A stretch of DNA of 54,822 nucleotides from Candidatus Woesearchaeota archaeon (GTDB lineage: Archaea; Nanobdellota; Nanobdellia; Woesearchaeales; UBA12501): the NCBI GenBank assembly GCA_046484055.1, contig JAWOBY010000034.1:1-54822 (forward strand), given 5' to 3'. Below the pieces are notes generated by a model. The model had not been told where the DNA came from and searched no databases. It saw only the letters and a list, made by a program, of their open reading frames with translations. Shown piece after piece: positions 44,244 through 54,685 of this stretch. The position numbers and the translations under genes are program-made. Each line of letters begins with the position of its first letter. Positions within the stretch are counted from its first letter, which is position 1.

Positions 44244-45143
44244 ATGGATATTGAAGGAATTGACCAGTTCAGGAAAGCGGGAAAGATAGCTTCTCAGGCC
44301 CGCGAGTTCGGCAAAGGCCTGATAAAAGCAGGAGAATCATTATATGAAGTGAGTGACAGGATAGAACAGAAGATATTCTCATTGGGAGGGGATCTCGCTT
44401 TCCCGACCCAGATATCACTCAATGAGGTAGCCGCCCATTACTGCGCCACGCCTGAGGATGAGACCCTTTTCAGCGAGAACGATCTGGTAAAGCTTGATCT
44501 GGGGGTGCATGTTGACGGCTATGTGGCGGATACTGCGGTGAGCATAGACCTCAGCAAAGACAACAAGCACGAGAAGCTGATAATGGCTGCGAATGAGGGG
44601 CTGCAGGCGGCCATAAATACCGTAAGGCCCGGAGCGAGACTCGGAGAGATAGGCAGGCAGGTACAGGACGCGATACAGAAGCACGGCTTCAGCCCTGTAA
44701 GGAACCTCAGCGGGCACGCGGTCGGAAGATTCATAGTTCATGGCCCGCCCAACATACCCAACTTTGACACAGGCGATGACACAGAACTGGAGGAGGGGAT
44801 GATCATAGCCATAGAGCCCTTCGCAACACCAGGAGCGGGAGTGATATACGAGAGGGACGAAGCCAATGTGTTCATGCTCACGGAAAAGAAGCCTGTCCGC
44901 AACATGATAACAAGGAGTGTGATGAAGGAGATAGAGAAATTCAATGGCCTGCCCTTCACAGAAAGATGGCTCACAAGGAAAGGCATCAGCCTGCCAAAGG
45001 TCAAGTTCGCTCTCAGGGAGATGGACAACCTGGACATACTGAAGAAGTTCCCTCCGCTGCCTGACAAGAACAAAGGTCTGGTGAGCCAGGCAGAACATAC
45101 GATGATCGTGACTAAAGAATGGTGTGAGGTGACCACTGAATGA
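44244..45143 (+). CDS. map: Methionine aminopeptidase, type 2 (archaeal)
   Basis: Pita-bread metal ligands in context (DLVKLDLGVHVDGYVADTA, SGHAVG, IAIEPF). About 295 aa with the characteristic insertion. Confidence 0.9.
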   Translation: MDIEGIDQFRKAGKIASQAREFGKGLIKAGESLYEVSDRIEQKIFSLGGDLAFPTQISLNEVAAHYCATPEDETLFSENDLVKLDLGVHVDGYVADTAVSIDLSKDNKHEKLIMAANEGLQAAINTVRPGARLGEIGRQVQDAIQKHGFSPVRNLSGHAVGRFIVHGPPNIPNFDTGDDTELEEGMIIAIEPFATPGAGVIYERDEANVFMLTEKKPVRNMITRSVMKEIEKFNGLPFTERWLTRKGISLPKVKFALREMDNLDILKKFPPLPDKNKGLVSQAEHTMIVTKEWCEVTTE

Positions 45144-45174
45144 AATCCACCAGCCACCTGCCTGCCGGAAAAGA

Positions 45175-45285
45175 ATGAACTGCCCAAAGTGCGGGAGGGA
45201 GATGGAGAACAAGAGGGGGCCGACAAACCAGATACTCTGGCACACTTACTTCTGCCCTGAATGCGGGTATGATGAAGGGGCCTGA
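45175..45285 (+). CDS. 36-aa zinc-ribbon mini-protein (MNCPKCGREMENKRGPTNQILWHTYFCPECGYDEGA)
   Basis: Two CPxCG knuckles. Below the ORF-track cutoff and located directly after map. Confidence 0.45.
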   Translation: MNCPKCGREMENKRGPTNQILWHTYFCPECGYDEGA

Positions 45286-45429
45286 CCCTGAACAAGATCA
45301 TAAGGCCAGATTCTGAGCATGATCCTGAGTGAAATTATAAACAGACATCCAGATGTCAATCCAGCAGGCCCTCCACCCGGATCTCCATGAGGGCCCCACC
45401 CAACTGCCCAGCTGCCGCGTTAATTTTAA

Positions 45430-46575
<1,146 letters not shown>

Positions 46576-46581
46576 GATAAA

Positions 46582-47580
46582 ATGAGGCCTGAAGATTTTG
46601 ATTACAGACTTCCGGAGAATCTCATAGCGCAGAGGCCTGCCAAACCGAAAGACAGCTCAAGGCTCATGGTGGTGAAGAGAGCAAAAGAAGGCATTGCTGT
46701 TGAGCATAAGAGATTCCATGACATCATCAGTTACCTTGAAAAGGATGATGTCCTGGTCATAAACGAGACAAGAGTGAGCAGGGCAAAGCTCACCGGCCGG
46801 AAGATAACAGGCAGCAGGGCGGAGATCATGCTGACTGAAAGGATCAGCAAGACCGATCTTAGGGCGCGTGTAAAAGGCAGAGGAGTCAGGAAAGGCAACA
46901 GGTACAGTTTCGGAGACGGCCTTGAGTGCGAAATAATTGACAGTGAAGATGACATATTCACTGTAAGGTTCAGCAGGCCGCCGAAGGAAGAGGAGATGGA
47001 ACTGCCGCTCCCGCCTTATGTCACGGAAAAGATAAGTGATGATTCGGAATACCAGACTGTCTATTCAAGAGAGGACGGCAGCCTTGCCGCGCCGACCGCA
47101 GGCCTGCACTTCACTGAAAAGCTGCTCGAGAGGATAAAGAGGAAAGGCGTGAAGATAGCGAGGATATGCCTCCACATAGATTTCGGAACATTCCTCCCGG
47201 TCCGAGGCAAACTCGAAGAGCACAGGATGCACGAAGAACATTATGAGATAAACAGTGAAGCCGCCGAAATGATAAACAGCAGGAAAGGCAGGCTTATCGC
47301 TGTGGGGACCACTTCAGTAAGGGCGCTTGAATCATCATCAGACAAGAAAGGAAATGTGATTCCCGGAAAAGGCAGAACAGGGATATTCATCTATCCTGGA
47401 TACAGGTTCAGACTGGAATATGACGCGATGATAACCAATTTCCACCTTCCGAAATCATCCCTTCTGATGCTCGTCTCTGCTTATTTCGGAAGAGAGAGCA
47501 TCCTGGCTGCCTATGAAGAAGCTGTCAAAGAAAGATATAGGTTCTACAGCCTCGGGGACAGCATGATGCTGATCCCATAG
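46582..47580 (+). CDS. queA: S-adenosylmethionine:tRNA ribosyltransferase-isomerase
   Basis: FDYRLPENLIAQRPAKPKDSSRLMVV at the N-terminus, then TAGLHFT, VGTTSVRALES and NFHLPKSSLLMLVSA. Confidence 0.9.
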   Translation: MRPEDFDYRLPENLIAQRPAKPKDSSRLMVVKRAKEGIAVEHKRFHDIISYLEKDDVLVINETRVSRAKLTGRKITGSRAEIMLTERISKTDLRARVKGRGVRKGNRYSFGDGLECEIIDSEDDIFTVRFSRPPKEEEMELPLPPYVTEKISDDSEYQTVYSREDGSLAAPTAGLHFTEKLLERIKRKGVKIARICLHIDFGTFLPVRGKLEEHRMHEEHYEINSEAAEMINSRKGRLIAVGTTSVRALESSSDKKGNVIPGKGRTGIFIYPGYRFRLEYDAMITNFHLPKSSLLMLVSAYFGRESILAAYEEAVKERYRFYSLGDSMMLIP

Positions 47581-47636
47581 ACTGATGATATTTTACAGGG
47601 CCTGTTTATCAATAAAATTTTATCAATCAAATCTTA

Positions 47637-48173
47637 TCAGCCCCTCATGCTGAACTCGCAGCCGCAGTATCCCTGCCTGTAAAGCCCGTGCTTCCTGCTC
47701 AGCTCAGTGCTGCGCCTGAAGCCGTCGTTCTTCTTCAAATCCACAGGCAGGAACTGAGGGATGGCCCGCTGACCGCCGAGTTCATGGCCTATCCTGATTA
47801 TGGATCCGCTGTCCTTGTGCGGGCTTATGGTCAGTGTTGTGGTAAAAAGATCGAATCCCCTCTGCCAGGCGCAGTCCCTTGCCCTTCTAATGTTGAACCT
47901 GAAGCATTCAAGGCAGCGCTTCCCTCCCTCAGGCTCTGACTCAAGGCCCTTCACAGCAGACAGCCAGCTTTCATGGTCGTAATCATCCTCCACCAGCTCA
48001 AGGCCATGGACAGATGCGATCTTTCTCGCATTATCAAGCCTTTTCTCATATTCTCCTCTCGGGAAAATGTTTGAGTTGGAGAAGAACAGGACAACCTCAT
48101 ACTTATCCTTAAGAAGCTCAATAGCGTGCGTGGAGCACGGAGCGCAGCAGGTATGCAGAAGCAGTCTTTTCAT
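47637..48173 (-). CDS. queH: Epoxyqueuosine reductase QueH (DUF208)
   Basis: MKRLLLHTCCAPCS, EPEGGKRCLECF, TTTLTISPHK and YRQGYCGCEFS. The ATG at 48173 gives the family-typical N-terminus. Confidence 0.88.
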   Translation of the reverse strand: MKRLLLHTCCAPCSTHAIELLKDKYEVVLFFSNSNIFPRGEYEKRLDNARKIASVHGLELVEDDYDHESWLSAVKGLESEPEGGKRCLECFRFNIRRARDCAWQRGFDLFTTTLTISPHKDSGSIIRIGHELGGQRAIPQFLPVDLKKNDGFRRSTELSRKHGLYRQGYCGCEFSMRG

Positions 48174-48269
48174 TTTAGGGTATTGCTGATGCCATTTATT
48201 GCTGATGCCATTTGCCGATGCGATATGTTGATCCCGCATGCTGATGCTGTTGTTTCATGAAAGGCGATG

Positions 48270-49505
48270 TCAGATATCCCCTATCGCGATCTCTTTCTCA
48301 TCCCCTGTCTTCATGTCCTTTATCCTGGCCTTTCCTTTCTTTATCTCCTCATCGCCTATGAAGATGATGCTCTTTGCCCCTGTCTTGTTCGCGTAATCAA
48401 GCTGTTTTGAAGGGCTTCTTCCTATGAGGTCAGTCTCAACAGATTTCCCCTCTTTCCTGAACTTCTCTGCTATAATTCCTGCTGTTTCCCGCGCTTTTTC
48501 CCCCAGCGGCGCGATATAATAATCAGCGCCCAGCTCAGGCTCTGGCAGGAGATTCTTCTCCTCGAGCAGGAGCCGCAGCGTGGCAAAGCCGATAGCGAAT
48601 CCTGTCGCAGGGCAGGGCTCGCCTCCGAAAAGCTTAATCATATTGTCATAACGGCCGCCGCCGGCGAGGCTTCTGAATCTTCCCCTGCGGTCGAATATCT
48701 CAAACACAGTCCCAGTGTAGTAGGCGAGCCCGCGGGCTGTTGAAAGATCCACCTCTATAAAATCTTCCCTGTTTTTGAGCATACTCAGAATTTTTTTCAG
48801 GTTGTCAAGGCCTTCTGATTCTATTTCTATTTTGTTTATGTCCCTGACCTCTATAAACTCCTTTATTTTCTTTTTCTGCTCATCATCAAGCCCCGCTTTC
48901 TTCAGCTCATTATCAAAATCCTCAGAAGGTATCTTCTGCTTCTTGTCTATCGCCCTGAAGACGGCTTCTATGTCCTTCCCGCCTATGCTTTTTATGAAAT
49001 CCTGGAGCAGGACCCTGTTGTTTATTCTCACTACAAAATCCTTTTTGGTGAGGCCAAGGTTCTTGAGGCAGTCAATGGCAAGGCTTATTATTTCCGCGTC
49101 TGCCTCCGGCTTCGGCGAGCCGAACACCTCTGCACTCAGCTGGTAGAACTCCCTCAGCCTTCCCGCCTGCGGCCTTTCATATCTCCACATCCTTCCGATG
49201 CTGAACCACTTGACGGGCTTTGGCAGGATCTTCTGCTTCTCTATGAACATCCTTGTGAAAGGCACTGTAAGGTCAAACCTCAGGCCGAATTCCTCATCGC
49301 CTCTTTTCTCCAGAGTGAATATCTGCTGTTTTATCTCCTCCCCTGATTTTGCAGTGAGGAGATTTAGATCCTCGAATGCAGGGCTTTCAACCTCCCTGAA
49401 TGCGTAGCTTCCAGCGCAGTTCCTCATTGCTTCAGCTATTCTGTTGAAAACTGCCCTGCCCTCAGGATACTGGTCCCTCGTCCCTTTGGGTTTCTGGAAT
49501 GTCAT
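48270..49505 (-). CDS. hisS: Histidine--tRNA ligase
   Basis: PKGTRD, class II motif 2 region MWRYERPQAGRLREFYQ, motif 3 GGGRYD, and a C-terminal anticodon-binding domain. BRE/TATA at 49527-49543. Confidence 0.9.
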   Translation of the reverse strand: MTFQKPKGTRDQYPEGRAVFNRIAEAMRNCAGSYAFREVESPAFEDLNLLTAKSGEEIKQQIFTLEKRGDEEFGLRFDLTVPFTRMFIEKQKILPKPVKWFSIGRMWRYERPQAGRLREFYQLSAEVFGSPKPEADAEIISLAIDCLKNLGLTKKDFVVRINNRVLLQDFIKSIGGKDIEAVFRAIDKKQKIPSEDFDNELKKAGLDDEQKKKIKEFIEVRDINKIEIESEGLDNLKKILSMLKNREDFIEVDLSTARGLAYYTGTVFEIFDRRGRFRSLAGGGRYDNMIKLFGGEPCPATGFAIGFATLRLLLEEKNLLPEPELGADYYIAPLGEKARETAGIIAEKFRKEGKSVETDLIGRSPSKQLDYANKTGAKSIIFIGDEEIKKGKARIKDMKTGDEKEIAIGDI

Positions 49506-49526
49506 AATCTCCCTCCTGCCTTTTTT

Positions 49527-49543
49527 GTTTAAATAGTTTTTGC
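49527..49543 (-). promoter_or_regulatory. BRE/TATA (GCAAAAACTATTTAAAC) for hisS
   Basis: Lies 22-38 nt upstream of the ATG at 49505. Confidence 0.5.
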
Positions 49544-49812
49544 TAAAGATATGCCTGCTGAATGCATGTGCCTGCGATCATGACTGCGGCGCTCACGGAA
49601 AATTAAGGGCAACAACGGACGAGCACTGAGTGCGGAGTGAAAAAACATACGAAGCGCGCGGTCTTTTCCTTTACGAATACGATGAAATCCGATAAGCGGA
49701 TTTTCAGCGGTGTGCAAGCCCATTGCTGCTGCCCTGAAAAAATGTTTCCACTTTACCACCAGATCCAATCGCCGCTGGAATCACTTGCCACCAGATCCAA
49801 TTGCCAATTGAT

Positions 49813-50450
49813 TCACAAAACGCTTTTAGTGCTGGGGATGCCTTTCTGCCTAAAATCATTCTCTGCAGCCATCCTCAATGCAACACCAAAGCACTTGAAG
49901 ATCGCCTCGATCCTGTGGTGGTCATTCCTTCCGCTGAGCAGTCTTATGTTCAATGTCATTCCCGAGTTCTGCGCAAGGGCATCAAAAAAATCATAGACTG
50001 ATTCTGTCGGGAGGTCGCCTACCTTATCTCTCGCAAAATCTGCATCAAGGACAAATGAGTGCCTTCCTGCGAGGTCTATGCTTACAAGCGCAAGAGCCTC
50101 ACCAGTAGGCACTATCGCCCAGCCGAACCTCCTGATGCCTGCTTTGTTGCCGAGAGCCTTCTTCAATGCCATCCCGATCACGATACCAGTGTCCTCGATA
50201 GTGTGGTGCTCGTCTATCCATGTGTCTCCCCTTGCATCAATGATCATGTCGATGATGCTGTGCTTCGACACCTGCTCAAGCATATGTGTCAGCATACCCA
50301 AAGGAGTCCTTATCCTGCTCTTTCCCTCCCCTCCCAGAAGAAGAGAGACGGAGATATTTGCCTCTCCTGTCTCTCCCCTCCTAGAAGAAGAGAGACGGAG
50401 ATATTTGCCTCTCCTGTCTCTCTCTTGACACTGATTCTCTTTGCTCTCAT
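49813..50450 (-). pseudogene. hisB: Imidazoleglycerol-phosphate dehydratase interrupted by a 47-bp tandem duplication (frameshift)
   Basis: The N-terminal piece MRAKRISVKRETGEANISVSLLLGG and the C-terminal piece LTHMLEQVSKHS...DEHHTIED...GIPSTKSVL lie in different frames. Deleting one 47-bp unit restores a 196-aa IGPD. ATGA overlap with the upstream gene at 50447-50450. Confidence 0.85.
50328..50421. repeat. 47-bp tandem duplication (50328-50374 and 50375-50421) with 1 mismatch
   Basis: Unit is CCCCTCC(C/T)AGAAGAAGAGAGACGGAGATATTTGCCTCTCCTGTCTCT, read directly from the sequence. Confidence 0.95.
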
Positions 50451-51457
50451 TTTAGCCTCTTTTCGATCAGCCTCGCCACCTTCTCCGGAGGGATCTCCTC
50501 TGCTGACATGGTGACATTTATCATGTACAGCACATCCGCTATCTCCCCAACTATCTCGTCTTCGCTGCATCCATTGTCTATCTTGGAGTAAAGTTCAAGC
50601 AGTTCCTCGCCTGTCTTGTTCCTTCTCATCTTCCAGTCACTGAGCAGCATTGATGTGAGGGAGTCCTCTTCAGGACTGCGCTTCTTTTCCTCAACCTGCC
50701 CATAGTCCATGCAGAAAGCTGAGCCCAGCATATAGGGGTCCTGTCCGATGAGAACCACATCACTGAACCTCACAGGCTGTATTATCCTCAGACCATTCTC
50801 TTCACAGTTTTTCCCGCTGTATATTATCTCTACACAGCAGTCATTCGTGCCGTCTAAAACAGTCTCTTCAGTGCCTCCTGAATACAGGCTGACTTTTGCC
50901 CTGCCTTCAAAGTACCTGTCAATGAACCTGCGGGAAGTGAACTCATATTTGGAATTGACAGCCACTCTTGCTTCGCTTCCTGCTTCCGTATCTGTTTTGG
51001 ACATGAGGCACAGGGCCGGCCTTCCGAATCTGGCGTTCTCATCGAACCAGTCATAAGTGTTGAGCGCCTTTGTGCTGCACTTATCAATCTCGATGAGATC
51101 AGACCTCATTACGAATTCGTCAAAGAGGTCATCGCCTGTAAGCCCGTAAGCAGGCAGATTGCGCCTGTTGAGCTCTTCCACCCTTCTCGGTATGTCCTCC
51201 CCTCTCGCCATCAACAGCTCAAGAGTCTGGCCATCATCCAGTGTCGCTCTTGTCTTGCCACCCTCCCCCAGGTTGGAAACCGAACTCTCTGGTATGCCTA
51301 TCTCCGGAAGAATTGATAGGACATAATCATTCAGGCCTCCGTTCTTGGGGATGAAGAGGCATGCATACTCATCATCTATCATTCCTGATATGTTTTCGCG
51401 GTACATTTTATTGACCTCCGCATTTATAGCCTGCCGGCTTTTTTCATTCAAGCTCAT
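50447..51457 (-). CDS. hisG: ATP phosphoribosyltransferase (short HisG) fused to phosphoribosyl-ATP pyrophosphohydrolase (HisE-like) C-terminal domain
   Basis: HisG-like RGEDIPRRVEE...GLTGDDLFDE, RVAVNSKYEFTSRRF and GGTEETVLDGTNDCCVEIIYSGKNCEENGL. The C-terminal ~85 aa (SLTSMLLSD...GEELLEL...EDEIVGEIADVLYMINVTM...EKVARLIEKR) are MazG/HisE-like. Confidence 0.7.
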   Translation of the reverse strand: MSLNEKSRQAINAEVNKMYRENISGMIDDEYACLFIPKNGGLNDYVLSILPEIGIPESSVSNLGEGGKTRATLDDGQTLELLMARGEDIPRRVEELNRRNLPAYGLTGDDLFDEFVMRSDLIEIDKCSTKALNTYDWFDENARFGRPALCLMSKTDTEAGSEARVAVNSKYEFTSRRFIDRYFEGRAKVSLYSGGTEETVLDGTNDCCVEIIYSGKNCEENGLRIIQPVRFSDVVLIGQDPYMLGSAFCMDYGQVEEKKRSPEEDSLTSMLLSDWKMRRNKTGEELLELYSKIDNGCSEDEIVGEIADVLYMINVTMSAEEIPPEKVARLIEKRLK

Positions 51458-51780
51458 AGCTCACGCTATTCCAAAAACAAAAACCATTTAGCATTCAATC
51501 AAGCCCAAATAAGCCTTATTTTGCTTTTTTGGGTTTAAAGAACGTTTTTTTATAGAGATAGAGCTAGCCGAGGCTAGCCATGGAATTCATAAGAATTATT
51601 TCCGAAGCAAAAGCTAAACAAAACTAAGAACAGTTCACAAACAATGAATACAATCACTTTTTGCCATTTTTGGTCACTGAAAACAGCATGGGTTATGGAT
51701 TTATAAGTTTTTTGATTTTTGTTTTTATCGTTATGATAATTCATAAAGTTAGAGAATATCCAGTAATGTTGATGGACTGC

Positions 51781-52647
51781 TCATGCTTTTGTTTCATCCT
51801 TTCCCTTCAAAGGAGACGGGCTGTTATTTATTATCTTAGTCACCCTGTCATTGAGTTCATAGCCGTCCTCCCCGCAGTGCATGTAAAAATAATGGTCAAT
51901 GTCCTCAAACATCTTTAGGCAGTCCATGCCGCCGTAGAATTCCATTATGTTTCCTTTCTTTGCCGCAAAGGAGAGCATTGAGAGCATGCTTCCGAGAGGT
52001 ATCGGCTCTTCCCCTCTCTTGCCGAACAGGGTTTCAGGCTTACCATGATATGTATGTATCTTGGCTATTCCAGTGCATGTCCTCATATGTATCCCTATGT
52101 TGTTCTCCACTACAACAGTGAGCTTGTAGTCATACTTGCCTTCCGCCTCATCAATCCTGGATGTTTTGTGCTTGGGGAGGAGCCCGTAGATATATTTTTC
52201 ACCCTCCATGAAGTAATTATGCATGCCTTTCAGTGTGTCCGCGAGCGTCCTGAAAGGAGCATCATGATCCACCATATTATCTATCTTGCCATGATGCCTC
52301 TGGAGGAAATGTATAGTGCTCCTTGCTGTCTCAGCAAGGTTGCGGGCCGATGCCACATGCTCTCTCAGGTCCTTCAGCTCCTTGTTTGTCCTCTTTGAAT
52401 TGAGGCCCCTGAAATAGTTGTCATATTTGGATTCCGCATTGTGCAATGAACTTTCTATTGTCCTCATCCTCTCCTCATCAAAGCCGTCCTCACCCATCCG
52501 TTTCTTCAGCATTGCCACCAGCTGGCCGATGTTATCGGTGTCCTCCATGCAGAGGTATCCTGTCTTGGCCCTGAACTCGCTGGATGCTGTCATGTAGAAA
52601 TTGGCCACTTCCTTTATCTTCCTGCCTGTCTCCTTGTTGGGGCTCAT
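51781..52647 (-). CDS. Hypothetical protein with a C-terminal HPr-like domain
   Basis: KLTVVVENNIGIHMRTCTGIAKIHTYHGKPETLFGKRGEEPIPLGSMLSMLSFAAKKGNIMEFYGGMD aligns by eye with HPr (NGLHTRPA ... KS ... G..v.i.a.G.D). The N-terminal ~150 aa are helical with no recognisable motif. Confidence 0.5.
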   Translation of the reverse strand: MSPNKETGRKIKEVANFYMTASSEFRAKTGYLCMEDTDNIGQLVAMLKKRMGEDGFDEERMRTIESSLHNAESKYDNYFRGLNSKRTNKELKDLREHVASARNLAETARSTIHFLQRHHGKIDNMVDHDAPFRTLADTLKGMHNYFMEGEKYIYGLLPKHKTSRIDEAEGKYDYKLTVVVENNIGIHMRTCTGIAKIHTYHGKPETLFGKRGEEPIPLGSMLSMLSFAAKKGNIMEFYGGMDCLKMFEDIDHYFYMHCGEDGYELNDRVTKIINNSPSPLKGKDETKA

Positions 52648-52737
52648 CCTGAAACCGATTTCAGATGGATGCTATATAAATTTTTCTGTGAGAACCATTT
52701 TTGAGTGGTCAATGATTGGCGGCTAATCAGGCGGTTC

Positions 52738-54456
52738 TTATTTGCTCTCATGATTGGGATGATTATGCCCTTTCTTTTTTCTCTGGTCAAGGTGTTCTAT
52801 GTGTGATATCTTCTCTTTCAGGAAGCTGTTAAGGTTCAGCTTGTTCTTTTCTATCATTGTTGAGAAATGCTTTCCCCCCAGGAAGTGGGGCATGATAACA
52901 TATGTCGCTCCCTCCTCATACAGCCTTTCAGCCTCGTCTATCTGGTGTGAAACAACCGCGATAACAGCGTTCTTGTTCACCTCTGTGACCTTGTTTATGA
53001 TAAGGAGATTGGTGTCAAGAGAGGGTATTGTTGATATAATCATCTTCGCGTCCCTGAAGTTTAAATCCCCCAAGAGCTCTGAGTCATTCGCGTCCCCGTA
53101 TCTGCAGTCATAACCATCTTTTGAGAGCTGTGTGATTATGTCCGGATCATAATCTATGATAAGGAACTTCTTCTTTATCTTTTTCAGTGATTCCAGGATA
53201 TCCAGCCCTATCCTGTTGTACCCAAAAAGTATTATCTCATGGTCGTTTTCAGAGTGATACCTGTGCTCATCCACTTTCCTCCCTCCCCTCTCAAAGATTG
53301 AAAGGTATCCTGAAAGGCGGGGGTATATCCTGCCTGAATACAATATCATATATGTTGAGCCGGCAAAAGTGAGCAGGGCGATAGCGGTTATCATTGAAAG
53401 CGTCTCCCTGGAGACATGGCCCACTGAGACCCCCATTGTAACAACTATCAGTGAGAATTCGCTTATCTGCGCGACCGTAAGGCCGGCCAGGAAACTGCTT
53501 CTTTTTGTGTAGCCCAAAAGCCCCATGAGTGTCATTACAATGATAGGATTTCCTATCAGCACGAACAATGAAAGCCCGATTATGGCTCCTAAGTTATGAA
53601 TTATGTTTGAGAAAACCATCTGCGAGCCCAGCATGATAAAGAATAGTATCAGAAAAAAGTCCCTCAATGGCTTCATCTTTGAGCTTATCTCAAAATGGTA
53701 AGGGGACATGGACAGGGTTATGCCTGCAAGCAAAGCTCCTGCTTCAATGGAGAAATTCAGATAATGGAACAGTGATGCGACAACAAAACACCAGCTGATG
53801 GAGAAAAGGAGCAGGAACTCCTGTGATTTGGCCGCTGCCTTTGTCAGCCTCGGGAGTATGTAAAGCGTAAGTAAAAACAGGATGAGGATGCCTCCGATTC
53901 CCTTCAGCACAGTTTCCAGGGCTAAAGATGCCAGGTTTGCGCCGTTGTCAACTGATGATATCACCAGCAGGACGAATATTGCTATGAAATCCTGCACAAT
54001 AAGAAATCCGACTGATATCCTTCCATAAAGAGATTCAAGGTCCCTCTTGTCAGAAAGCAGCTTCATGATGACAATGGTACTGCTGAATGCCAATGCTATG
54101 GCAGTATACAGTGAAGTAGTGATGGAAAACCCCAGCAGTTGGGTTATCAGAAAAACTATTGATGTCGTGAATAACACCTGCCCCAGGCCTGTGATGATGG
54201 ACACTTTCCCTACATCCTTTATGACCTTTGGGTTGAGGTTCAGGCCAACAAAAAACAGGAGAAGGGCCACGCCTATCTGCGAGAATGCAGTTAGTGTGTT
54301 TGTAGAGTCTATGATGTTGAGCAGTAGAGGGCCGGCAAGTATCCCGCTCAGGATGTATCCTATTATTGCAGGCTGTTTGAGTATTCTGGCCGCTCCTGTG
54401 ACTATCACTGTGATCGCAAGGATCTGGCTTAATTCAACAAATATTTCCGGATTCAT
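52738..54456 (-). CDS. Monovalent cation:proton antiporter-2 (Kef-type) with a C-terminal RCK/TrkA-N domain
   Basis: About 12 TM Na+/H+ exchanger domain, then a Rossmann-like ILFGYNRIGLDILESL ... IIDYDPD region. Confidence 0.8.
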   Translation of the reverse strand: MNPEIFVELSQILAITVIVTGAARILKQPAIIGYILSGILAGPLLLNIIDSTNTLTAFSQIGVALLLFFVGLNLNPKVIKDVGKVSIITGLGQVLFTTSIVFLITQLLGFSITTSLYTAIALAFSSTIVIMKLLSDKRDLESLYGRISVGFLIVQDFIAIFVLLVISSVDNGANLASLALETVLKGIGGILILFLLTLYILPRLTKAAAKSQEFLLLFSISWCFVVASLFHYLNFSIEAGALLAGITLSMSPYHFEISSKMKPLRDFFLILFFIMLGSQMVFSNIIHNLGAIIGLSLFVLIGNPIIVMTLMGLLGYTKRSSFLAGLTVAQISEFSLIVVTMGVSVGHVSRETLSMITAIALLTFAGSTYMILYSGRIYPRLSGYLSIFERGGRKVDEHRYHSENDHEIILFGYNRIGLDILESLKKIKKKFLIIDYDPDIITQLSKDGYDCRYGDANDSELLGDLNFRDAKMIISTIPSLDTNLLIINKVTEVNKNAVIAVVSHQIDEAERLYEEGATYVIMPHFLGGKHFSTMIEKNKLNLNSFLKEKISHIEHLDQRKKKGHNHPNHESK

Positions 54457-54488
54457 CTTGATTCTCTGGCATTGGTTTGATGAGCATG

Positions 54489-54668
54489 TCAGCCGCGGAG
54501 TTGAACTCTCTTTTTGGACACATTGTCCAGTACAGCGCTGTTTGGTATGGAGAAGACACTTTTGTCCTCTTTTTTTTCCAGCAGCCTGTGTTCCGCTGTG
54601 ATAAATATGCGTTTCATCGGCTTCAGGCAGAGCCTGTCAGGAATAATCATGTATATAAATATTTTCAT
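54489..54668 (-). CDS. 59-aa hypothetical small ORF
   Basis: ATG at 54668 and stop at 54489-54491, 33 nt upstream of the antiporter start. Below the ORF-track cutoff and no motif seen. Confidence 0.25.
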   Translation of the reverse strand: MKIFIYMIIPDRLCLKPMKRIFITAEHRLLEKKEDKSVFSIPNSAVLDNVSKKRVQLRG

Positions 54669-54685
54669 ATGATGCTGCAGTAAAA

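Noticed and set aside
49506-49812. 307-nt gap between hisS and hisB with a 79-aa ORF (49529-49768, minus strand), an 18-bp near-repeat CCACCAGATCCAAT(C/T)GCC (49757-49774 and 49788-49805), and a hairpin AATCCG-ATAA-CGGATT
   Set aside because: The ORF product is Arg/His/Ala-rich with no motif and overlaps the hisS promoter. The repeats are short. It could host an ncRNA, but no recognisable family signature was found, so it is not called.
51540-51580. GCTAGCC-GAG-GCTAGCC repeat in the AT-rich spacer upstream of the hisG fusion
   Set aside because: It is a 7-bp repeat containing the palindromic GCTAGC. That is too short to distinguish from chance, and no partner motif was seen elsewhere in the window.
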